A stretch of 55,114 nt of DNA. It comes from a candidate division WOR-3 bacterium (GTDB lineage Bacteria > Hydrothermota > Tepidihabitantia > Tepidihabitantales > Tepidihabitantaceae). Of this stretch, positions 29,417 to 37,470 are shown in pieces (within the stretch, counting starts at the first letter, position 1; every line of letters starts with the position of its first letter). Below the pieces are notes generated by a model. The model was not told the origin of the DNA, did no database searches, and was given only the letters and a program-made list of their open reading frames with translations. The translations under genes and the position numbers were made by a program. Location: assembly GCA_037441285.1 (NCBI GenBank), contig JBBISL010000014.1, positions 1 through 55,114 of the forward strand. The letters run 5' to 3'.

Positions 29417-30183
29417 GTGCGCTACTGGAAATTGCTGGGTTAACCAAGGCATTTGGTGGACTTATCGCGGTAAAAGACTTTTCACTTACGCTTGAGCCTG
29501 GTGCTCTTACCGGATTGATTGGGCCCAATGGGGCGGGAAAGACTACAGTGTTTAACCTTATCACCGGGATGATTGCCCCGAGTGGTGGTTCAATTATCTT
29601 TTCAGGCCGTCCGATTACTGGATTGAAGCCTTATCAAATATACCGTTTGGGAATTGGCAGGACATTCCAAAATATCAGATTGTTTAAAGAACTTTCGGTT
29701 CTGGATAATGTTCGGGTGGCTTATCACCATCGGGGTAATACCAGTGTTTTCGATGCGATTGTTCGTACCCCGCGTTTTTACTCCGAGGAAAAAACGGTAA
29801 CAGAAAAAGCCCGCGAATTGCTGGCAATCTTAGGACTGGAAACAAGGGAAAAAGAGATGGCGAAAAATCTTCCCTATGGAGAGCAACGGCGACTGGAAAT
29901 TGCCCGGGCATTAATTGCCGAGCCCAAGTTATTACTTTTGGATGAGCCGGCAGCCGGTATGAATCCAGCAGAGGTTGGTCGATTGATGGATTTGATTCTT
30001 TTCATTCAGGAACGATTTAAGGTGACCATACTTCTAATAGAACATCAGATGAAAGTGGTGATGGGCATTTGTCGATGGGTAGTGGTGATGGATTTTGGCG
30101 AATTAATTGCCCAGGGTGTACCTTCTGATGTGCAGAATAATCCTAAGGTTATCGAGGCTTATCTGGGAAAGTCAGGAGGGTGA
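29413..30183 (+). CDS. livG: Branched-chain amino acid ABC ATPase
   Basis: GTG 29413 overlapping the livM stop; GPNGAGKTT, RTFQNIRLF, LPYGEQR, DEPAAG, AYLG. Confidence 0.94.
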   Translation: MSALLEIAGLTKAFGGLIAVKDFSLTLEPGALTGLIGPNGAGKTTVFNLITGMIAPSGGSIIFSGRPITGLKPYQIYRLGIGRTFQNIRLFKELSVLDNVRVAYHHRGNTSVFDAIVRTPRFYSEEKTVTEKARELLAILGLETREKEMAKNLPYGEQRRLEIARALIAEPKLLLLDEPAAGMNPAEVGRLMDLILFIQERFKVTILLIEHQMKVVMGICRWVVVMDFGELIAQGVPSDVQNNPKVIEAYLGKSGG

Positions 30184-30888
30184 GTGTTGCTGGAAGTGCA
30201 GGATTTAGTTGTGGACTATGGAGCAATTCGGGCGTTACGAGGGATATCTTTTAGTGTTGGTGAAGGTGAAATCGTTACTCTCATTGGGGCAAATGGTGCG
30301 GGGAAGACAACAACATTAAAGACTATTTCTGGATTACAAAAGTCATCGAATGGAAAGATTGTATTTTTGGGCAAAAGAATAGATGGATTAAGTGGGCACC
30401 AAATCGCAAAATTAGGTGTCGTTCATGTCCCAGAAGGCCGCCGGCCATTTGCCGATATGACAGTACGAGAAAATTTACTTCTCGGTGCTTTCAACCGCCC
30501 CCGTTCTGAAATTGATAAATCTTTTGAACGGGTTTTTAAATCTTTCCCAAGACTGAAAGAGCGGCTTAATCAAAGTGCCGGTACGCTTTCGGGAGGCGAA
30601 TTACAGATGCTGGCGATGGGCCGCGGTTTGATGGCGAAGCCAAAATTGTTGATGCTCGACGAGCCTTCAATGGGGCTCTCGCCGATTCTTGTTCAGGAGA
30701 TTTTTTCTATTATCCAAGAGATTAATCGCCAGGGGACAGCGATACTACTTGTGGAACAGAATGCGTATATGGCGCTTCAGATTGCCCATCGGGCATATGT
30801 TCTGGAAACAGGACAGATTGTTCTTGAAGGCATGGCGGATGAACTGCGAAATGCGCCTGAAGTCAAAGCCGCATATCTCGGTGAATGA
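30184..30888 (+). CDS. livF: Branched-chain amino acid ABC ATPase
   Basis: GANGAGKT, VPEGR, LSGGE, DEPSMGL, VEQN, AYLG. Confidence 0.95.
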   Translation: MLLEVQDLVVDYGAIRALRGISFSVGEGEIVTLIGANGAGKTTTLKTISGLQKSSNGKIVFLGKRIDGLSGHQIAKLGVVHVPEGRRPFADMTVRENLLLGAFNRPRSEIDKSFERVFKSFPRLKERLNQSAGTLSGGELQMLAMGRGLMAKPKLLMLDEPSMGLSPILVQEIFSIIQEINRQGTAILLVEQNAYMALQIAHRAYVLETGQIVLEGMADELRNAPEVKAAYLGE

Positions 30889-32623
30889 GCGAACCCAAAA
30901 CAACCGGGCCGAGAATGCTTTCTGGTTGGCAGTCCCGCTGGTTTTCGTTGTTTACCTTATTACCCGAACGCCAACAGTTGGGCTAATTGATTCCGGCGAA
31001 CTGGCTGCAGGGTGTTACCTGCTTAACATAGTTCATCCCACCGGCTATCCGCTCTGGACATTACTGGGTAGAATAGCTTCGCTTTTTCCTCTTGGTTCGG
31101 TGGTAAACCGCGTTGCGCTGATGAGCGCATTTTTCTCTACGGTAAGCATAGTATTGTTCATACTCCTTTTGAAGCGGCTGGGATGCAGTTTTTCAGTTTC
31201 CACCGTATTGGGTATAGTTCTCGGTTTTTCGATTCCGGTTTGGTCGGTGAGCACCGATGTTGAGGTTTACAGTCTGTCTTTAGCATTGATTATTATTGTC
31301 TGGCTGACGGTTGCGGCTTCTGATTTAAGAGCCACCTATCTTTTTTTTGCCTACATTGCAGGCCTGACGCTTACTAATCATATGTTTGGTCTGAGTGTTG
31401 TTATCGGAGCGGGAGTTGTTTTACTTATGCAGGGAAAAAGTCAAGTTGTAAAGCGATTGCCTTTGATGTTGGTACTATTTTTATTGGGTTTATCGCCTTA
31501 TTTATTTCTCATTTTACGGGCACGATGCGGACCGGTTTTAGCCTGGGGAAATCCGGTGGATTTAGAAAGGTTTTGGTGGCACATTACTGGAAAGCAGTAT
31601 CGGGTATGGATGTTTACTTCTTCGCTAAATGATGTTTTAAGAAATGCGGGTAAAGGGACATTACTTTTGCTCGGAGCCTTGGGTTATGTTCTATTCCCTT
31701 TTGCCCTATACGGATGGGCAAGGTTATTTAGAGAACGCAAAGCAGTTGCATCAGGATTAACAATCAGTGTCTTGCTCAGTTTCCTGTATGCGGTGAATTA
31801 CAGTATTCCGGACATCGAGGCTTACTTTATTCCAACATTAGTGTCTCTGCTCATTTTTACCGCAGTGGGGATTGAAGGTATCAAAGGACACCTTCGTAAG
31901 TTTCGTCACCTGGTATGGTTGGTTGCGCTTGGCATATTGATATTCAATTTTCCGCCCCAGAATCGTGCTGATGACTGGGTTGCGTATGACCAGGCGTTAA
32001 ATACGCTTAATTCAGCAGATAGTAACGCGACGATTATTACCGATTGGTGGGACATTTACGCGCCAATTTTCTATTTGCAGCAAGTGGAGGGAGTAAGACC
32101 GGATGTATGTATCATTGACAAAGAGTTGGTGCGGCGTTCTTGGTATTTTAAATACTTAGAGAGGAAATATCCCTGGTTAATTGAACGGTCACAAGTGGAG
32201 AAGGACCGTTTTCTTGAGCATCTGTACCGATTCGAGCACAACCAGCCCTACAATCCGATGGTAATTCAGGAAAGTTATATTTCGCTCTTGAGAAGTTTTT
32301 TCTTGAAATCTCCGGAACGCCCTGTTTATACAACTTTTTCTATGATGAACAATGAAGATGCTCGCCAGATGTTGACTGGTTTTAACCTCGTGCCGATGGG
32401 GATACTAATTCAGGTCCGGCAAGACACATTGGTGCCGGTATTTGATTACAATCGTTTACGGGTTCGTATTCCGAGGAGGAGGTTGGATGAGCGAACTCAG
32501 GTTAACCTGCAGCGATACCGGTTTTTTGTACAGCAGCGGTTCGATTTATTAAGAAGTCGGGGCAGAGTGCAAGAAGCGGCGGTGGTTGCTGATTGGTACC
32601 AACGGAATTTTCCGGCGCGTTAA
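30881..32623 (+). CDS. DUF2723 / TMEM260-like GT-C membrane glycosyltransferase
   Basis: DSGEL, HPTGYPL, EVY, NH, YLQQVEGVRPDV motifs; many TM segments; start probably GTG 30881. Confidence 0.85.
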   Translation: MNERTQNNRAENAFWLAVPLVFVVYLITRTPTVGLIDSGELAAGCYLLNIVHPTGYPLWTLLGRIASLFPLGSVVNRVALMSAFFSTVSIVLFILLLKRLGCSFSVSTVLGIVLGFSIPVWSVSTDVEVYSLSLALIIIVWLTVAASDLRATYLFFAYIAGLTLTNHMFGLSVVIGAGVVLLMQGKSQVVKRLPLMLVLFLLGLSPYLFLILRARCGPVLAWGNPVDLERFWWHITGKQYRVWMFTSSLNDVLRNAGKGTLLLLGALGYVLFPFALYGWARLFRERKAVASGLTISVLLSFLYAVNYSIPDIEAYFIPTLVSLLIFTAVGIEGIKGHLRKFRHLVWLVALGILIFNFPPQNRADDWVAYDQALNTLNSADSNATIITDWWDIYAPIFYLQQVEGVRPDVCIIDKELVRRSWYFKYLERKYPWLIERSQVEKDRFLEHLYRFEHNQPYNPMVIQESYISLLRSFFLKSPERPVYTTFSMMNNEDARQMLTGFNLVPMGILIQVRQDTLVPVFDYNRLRVRIPRRRLDERTQVNLQRYRFFVQQRFDLLRSRGRVQEAAVVADWYQRNFPAR

Positions 32624-32626
32624 TCT

Positions 32627-33688
32627 ATGGCTCCGTATTTTATACAGATTCTTGCCAACGCCGGTTTAATGGCGGGGGTTGTTTACATTCCGCTTCTCGC
32701 AAAAGAGTTTGGAGCCAGTGCGGCATCAATTGGTCTTCTGGTAGGAGTTTACCAGGGGGCAATGTTTCTTTCCAATTTATTGTTTGGTAGATGGGCAGAT
32801 TTTGGCAACAGGAAAATTTTTGTCGTTGTTGGGCTGGCGGTTTCGGCGTTAGCCATTGCCCTGCACATTCCGATTAGAAGCCTGTCCTGGCTTTTCGGGG
32901 TTCGGTTTCTTACCGGACTTTGTGCCGGTGTTTTTCCTGCTGCGCTGGTTGCCTATTTCTACGAGAACAATAAGAGGCTGGGAAGGTTCAGTGGCTTTGG
33001 CTCATTGGGTTGGGCAACAGGAGCGTTGATTGTCGGCTTGGTTAGCAAAAAGGTGATATTTGTTGTCGCAGCACTGGCGATTGCGTTAACCAGTGCGGTC
33101 GCCTTATTGGGACTGCGCAGCCAACGAGTTGAGCTGGGACGGACATTTTTTGATTTAAGAGTGTTAAAAAGAAACTGGCGGATTTACATTTCTTTCCTTT
33201 TGCGACACTTAGGGGCATTCAGCATCTGGACGATTTTCCCGGTTTATCTATCAAATCTCGGGGCAAGCCGGTTTTGGGTGGGGTTGGTTTATGCGCTCAA
33301 CCCATTGGGGCAGTTTGTGTTTATGAACCTCCTCGAGCATTATGAGGAGGAAAGGCTCATTAAGAGCGGACTGTTGCTTTCTATTTTAGTATTTATCGCA
33401 TTTGGGCTGGCAAACGACTTTCGTCAGGTAATTCCGGTACAACTGGTGCTTGCACTTTCCTGGTCCTGCCTTTATCTTGGTTCATTAAAACAGCTAATGC
33501 GAACTAACCCCGAGAGGTCAACGGCAGCTGGTATGCTCCAATCGGTTTTAAGTCTTGCTGCAGTACTGGGTGCGCTCCTTGAGGGTGTGACCGGGAATTT
33601 CGGTTACCGAGCAGTGATGTTTGTCGCTGCCGGTCTGGCGTTAATTGGTGCCCTCATCTACTTATTAACGCCCGAAAAATCTGATTAA
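32627..33688 (+). CDS. MFS transporter
   Basis: GRWADFGNRK motif A, about 12 TM segments. Confidence 0.85.
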   Translation: MAPYFIQILANAGLMAGVVYIPLLAKEFGASAASIGLLVGVYQGAMFLSNLLFGRWADFGNRKIFVVVGLAVSALAIALHIPIRSLSWLFGVRFLTGLCAGVFPAALVAYFYENNKRLGRFSGFGSLGWATGALIVGLVSKKVIFVVAALAIALTSAVALLGLRSQRVELGRTFFDLRVLKRNWRIYISFLLRHLGAFSIWTIFPVYLSNLGASRFWVGLVYALNPLGQFVFMNLLEHYEEERLIKSGLLLSILVFIAFGLANDFRQVIPVQLVLALSWSCLYLGSLKQLMRTNPERSTAAGMLQSVLSLAAVLGALLEGVTGNFGYRAVMFVAAGLALIGALIYLLTPEKSD

Positions 33689-34083
33689 GAGAGAAACAGA
33701 ACCGCTAAAATGGCAAAGCCCAATCCAATAAGGTGTTTTAAATTTAACGGCTCTTTTAGGATAATATAACCGAGGACAGCGGGAATGATGATGTACATTC
33801 CGGTTAAAGGGATGACAACCGAAGCGAGTCCTTTTTTCATCGCCAAATAGAAGAAAACAGTTGCTAATCCGGCGGCGCCACCAGAGAGAAAGGCAATCGG
33901 TGTGGTTTTCACCCAGCGCATTGTTCCGACCGACAGAGTGTAGATAAGAATCGGAATAACACTGGCGATTGTGGACCAGAGCGCGATGGTTTCTGCCGGG
34001 GTGTCGCGGGTCAGGATTTTTGTCAGAAATCCCCAGACACCCCACAGGAGCAAGGTGAAAATAGAGAGCAGCCGGTAGTCCAT
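33685..34083 (-). CDS. Single-domain EamA/DMT family transporter
   Basis: LLWG, ASVVIPL, ILKEPL...IGL; about 5 TM segments. Confidence 0.85.
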   Translation of the reverse strand: MDYRLLSIFTLLLWGVWGFLTKILTRDTPAETIALWSTIASVIPILIYTLSVGTMRWVKTTPIAFLSGGAAGLATVFFYLAMKKGLASVVIPLTGMYIIIPAVLGYIILKEPLNLKHLIGLGFAILAVLFLS

Positions 34084-34089
34084 TATAAA

Positions 34090-34118
34090 AGCCTAACAAC
34101 CTTTCAATCTGAAGTCAA
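34090..34118 (-). promoter_or_regulatory. sigma70 promoter of the EamA gene (probably leaderless)
   Basis: TTGACT-N17-TAGGCT with TGn, ATG 6 nt downstream. Confidence 0.6.
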
Positions 34119-34138
34119 AGGTGTAACGGGTTCTAATG

Positions 34139-35044
34139 TTAAAGGTTAATATTGACCGGTGTCCAGTTGTACCCGCCGTCCCGGCTTTGCAGAAGGGTTA
34201 GTTCGTCACCACCAATGATGCCGACAATCCCGTCCGGAAAAAATCGGATGGTATACAGGTCGTTGGTCGTTTCCGCGTTAATCCTTTCCCAGGTTTCGCC
34301 GCCATCAAGGGTGTGAATTACCGTCCCTTTTGCGCCGACACAGAAACCAGCCATTGTGTCGTGCCGCATATCCAGTGAGTAAAGAGGCGGAAGAACCATT
34401 TCAATGGGCAGAGGACGCCAGATTTCACCGCCATTTGGGGTAAAAAACACTTTACCGGAAGTGGTGGTCATAAATCCGACGACATCATCGGCGGGAAAAT
34501 GCACAGCGGTGAAATGGGTGTTGGCAACAAGCCCCTGGACATTTTGCGTCTGGGAAAACCACAGTTGTCCGCTCGTCGAGGTCTTCAGCACGGTACCATT
34601 GAGTCCAACCGCATAGCCAGTCATGTCATCCGCTGGAAAGTGGATATCCATAATTTTTTCCTCAGTGGCGGTCAGCAGTTTTTCCCAGGTTTTACCGCTA
34701 TCGCCGGTGCGGAGGATTGTGCCACTATCTCCAGCAACAAAACCGATTTCGTCTGAGACAGGAAATTTTATCGCTCGCAAGTCCACATTGGTAGCGGATT
34801 TCAAGGGGAACCAGGTTTTGCCCCCGTCTTCGGTTTTTATGATAGTGCCCGCATCGCCGCAGATGTAGCCGATGTCTGATTCCTGGGGAAAACAGACACT
34901 GTAAAGATTGACCGTAACCGGTGCCTTAAGCCTTTCCCAGTTGGCACCGCCATCACGGGTGAAAATGATAAGCCCATTGTCCCCAACGGCATATGCAATC
35001 AGGGAGTTTTCAAATGCAAATACGGAGTTAATACGATTCGGCAT
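34139..35044 (-). CDS. YCF48-like / BNR Asp-box seven-bladed beta-propeller protein
   Basis: Seven repeats of the G..G.I..T.DGG..W type; start ATG 35044 (MPNRINSV). Confidence 0.85.
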   Translation of the reverse strand: MPNRINSVFAFENSLIAYAVGDNGLIIFTRDGGANWERLKAPVTVNLYSVCFPQESDIGYICGDAGTIIKTEDGGKTWFPLKSATNVDLRAIKFPVSDEIGFVAGDSGTILRTGDSGKTWEKLLTATEEKIMDIHFPADDMTGYAVGLNGTVLKTSTSGQLWFSQTQNVQGLVANTHFTAVHFPADDVVGFMTTTSGKVFFTPNGGEIWRPLPIEMVLPPLYSLDMRHDTMAGFCVGAKGTVIHTLDGGETWERINAETTNDLYTIRFFPDGIVGIIGGDELTLLQSRDGGYNWTPVNINL

Positions 35045-35132
35045 CGGAATATAAGATATTGTAAAAAGCAGGGTGCTGTCAAGAATTTCATTAGGCAATC
35101 GATAATAAAAGGAGATATTAATAAATACCCTA

Positions 35133-35160
35133 TTGACAAGAGGTGATTAATAATTATACT
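35133..35160 (+). promoter_or_regulatory. sigma70 promoter
   Basis: TTGACA-N16-TATACT; SD AAGGAGG before ATG 35216. Confidence 0.7.
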
Positions 35161-35215
35161 CAAACTTGGTGACTGTTTAGGCTAAAGGACGATAACCAAA
35201 CCAAAGGAGGTAAAG

Positions 35216-37339
35216 ATGAAGTACCGTCGTGTCGGGGTGATTTGTTTCCTTGCAGTAGGAATTGCCCTCGCGGCATTACCCGAAAGTGGGCAAGGAGTAA
35301 ATACCCCTATCCTAAGTCGGTCCGAAGCGGTTCTTGCACCGGTGGAATTGCCGGGAGGAAGCCATGCGGTTGAGTTCCCGTTGCCCTTTGCTCCAGATGA
35401 GACGCTACATTACGACGGCACGCCTTTTACCGGTGTGGGTTTAACCAATGGCGGGACATTCTACACCGCGGCGCGTTTTACCCCGACTGCCGCCTGCACG
35501 CTGAAAGCGGTTTTGTTTTACCAGTGGGGTCAGTCTTCGAATGATTATGTCTTTATCTTTGGTGAAGAGAACGATACGACCCCGGGTTTGAAACTGGAGT
35601 CGATACCTTATAGCGGAACCGATACTATGCGCTGGAAGCGAATCGATTTGAATCCGCCGCTGGTGTTGCCTGCCGGTACCGACTTCTGGGCATGTGTGAG
35701 ATTAACGCATACCGCAGGCAGGTATCCAATCGGATGCGATGCAGGACCAATGGTGCGCAACCGGGGTGGTTTTATCTCGACCAATGGTACCCGCTGGCAG
35801 CAGTTAGCCGACCTCGGCCTGGATTACAACTGTAACATCCGGGCGGTCATCAGTCCGATTCCGGGTCTGGCACATGATGTCGGGGTCTCAAAGATTGTGG
35901 TTCCCGGGACTAATATCGGACCCGGTTCGTATCAACCGGTTGCGCGGGTGACAAATTTTGGGACGAGCGCTGAATCCATCATCCCGGTTTACTGCTGGAT
36001 TGATTCCGGTGCAACCCGAATTTATAATCAGACCGTGACCATTCCTGGTCCGTTGCAACCGGGTAACAGAACAGAAGTGACCTTTCCAACCTGGAACACC
36101 GGACCGGGTGGCGCTCAGTATACGGTTACGATGTTTACCGACCTTTCTTCGGATTTGAATCGGGCAAACGACTCTTTAAGTCAGCAGACTCGTATTGCCA
36201 ATGTGTTTGCGGTTATGGACCACGACACCGGTTATTGTAAACTGAGCGTCTCCTGCTTCGGTTCGATTGGTTACGACAACCCGCAGGCTGACCTCGGTTC
36301 TGGCTTCTGCTATCCCAAAACCGCGGCTTCCTGTCTGTTCTACGGTTCGTTTGCGATGGGCACTGATGCCAACTATGTGGCTGACCGACACTATGGCCAA
36401 CCAGCAAGTGGACCGGTCAACAACGACCTGCGGGCGGTCGATTCACTGCGGTCGATTGTTCCACCGGGCATTGGCGATGAACACTTCTATGGTAGTTTTT
36501 CCGATGCCGGTCATCCGACGCCGAAAAATCTGAAGGTAACGCAGAACAGTTATATGAGCGCCGGCACCAACTACGACGACTTTATCGTGATTATCTATGA
36601 TATTGAGAATCAAGGTTCCAGTGCGGTTAATGGGCTGTATGCCGGTGTGTTTATGGACTTTGACATCGGCTCTTCGCCCGCCACAAACCAGGGTGCCTCG
36701 GATACGGTGCGGCGTTTGACCTATATGCGGCAGGCAAGTTCGGCTAACCCTTCAGTTGGGGTTAAAATTCTTGAACCGGCTTCGTTTGCCAATCTGAGCC
36801 TCGTGGACCACGCAATTTATGTGTACCCGGATTCGGCGATGACCGATAATATGAAGTGGCGGTTCTTGAACGGGACAATCCGGCAGCGTAACTCCAACCG
36901 TGCCTATGACTGGTCGATTGTTACTTCGGCAGGACCATTTAACATCGAGGCAGGAGCAACGCAGCGTTTTGCGATTGCGGTGGTTGGTGGCACCGACGAA
37001 ACTGCAATTCGGAACAATGCCGATGCCGCACAGCAGTGGTACAATGCCAATGTTGGCGTAGCGGAAAATCCTGATGTTAATCTTATGGATAAGGTCCACA
37101 TCGCGCCCAATCCTTTCCGCAAGAAAACCGCAATTTCTTACAATGTAACTCAACCCGGCAGGTTCGTGTTTGAAGCCTATGATGCATCAGGACGGATGGT
37201 TGATAAAGTTGCGTTTGATGTTGCGGCGGGTAAAGGGGTATATGTGTGGCAACCGCGAACTCTCGCCCGGGGTGTTTACTTCTTGAATGTCAGTACACCG
37301 GATGGTAGCATCAGAACAAAGGCGCTGATAGTCGAATAA
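35216..37339 (+). CDS. Secreted modular protein with CARDB-like Ig domain and T9SS type A / FlgD-like C-terminal domain
   Basis: Signal peptide; HDVGV...NFG...DLNRANDS; C-terminal APNPF...YDASGRMV...GVYF...TKALIVE. Confidence 0.85.
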   Translation: MKYRRVGVICFLAVGIALAALPESGQGVNTPILSRSEAVLAPVELPGGSHAVEFPLPFAPDETLHYDGTPFTGVGLTNGGTFYTAARFTPTAACTLKAVLFYQWGQSSNDYVFIFGEENDTTPGLKLESIPYSGTDTMRWKRIDLNPPLVLPAGTDFWACVRLTHTAGRYPIGCDAGPMVRNRGGFISTNGTRWQQLADLGLDYNCNIRAVISPIPGLAHDVGVSKIVVPGTNIGPGSYQPVARVTNFGTSAESIIPVYCWIDSGATRIYNQTVTIPGPLQPGNRTEVTFPTWNTGPGGAQYTVTMFTDLSSDLNRANDSLSQQTRIANVFAVMDHDTGYCKLSVSCFGSIGYDNPQADLGSGFCYPKTAASCLFYGSFAMGTDANYVADRHYGQPASGPVNNDLRAVDSLRSIVPPGIGDEHFYGSFSDAGHPTPKNLKVTQNSYMSAGTNYDDFIVIIYDIENQGSSAVNGLYAGVFMDFDIGSSPATNQGASDTVRRLTYMRQASSANPSVGVKILEPASFANLSLVDHAIYVYPDSAMTDNMKWRFLNGTIRQRNSNRAYDWSIVTSAGPFNIEAGATQRFAIAVVGGTDETAIRNNADAAQQWYNANVGVAENPDVNLMDKVHIAPNPFRKKTAISYNVTQPGRFVFEAYDASGRMVDKVAFDVAAGKGVYVWQPRTLARGVYFLNVSTPDGSIRTKALIVE
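35984..36012 (+). repeat. 29-nt exact direct repeat, copy 1 (shared CARDB-like module)
   Basis: CCGGTTTACTGCTGGATTGATTCCGGTGC identical to 42618-42646. Confidence 0.9.
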
Positions 37340-37355
37340 ACCAGGATTGAAGGGG

Positions 37356-37390
37356 AAAGGGCGCCCATTTCCGGGCGCCCTTTTTATTTT
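37356..37390 (+). terminator. Rho-independent terminator
   Basis: AAAGGGCGCCC-ATTTCC-GGGCGCCCTTT followed by a T-tract. Confidence 0.9.
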
Positions 37391-37408
37391 ATTTTGGGTT
37401 ATCATTAC

Positions 37409-37436
37409 TTGACTCAATTACCAATTTCGTTATATT
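37409..37436 (+). promoter_or_regulatory. sigma70 promoter of the EF-G paralog
   Basis: TTGACT-N16-TATATT; SD AGGAGG before GTG. Confidence 0.65.
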
Positions 37437-37470
37437 ACCAAAATAATAAATAAATTTTCAGGAGGAAATT

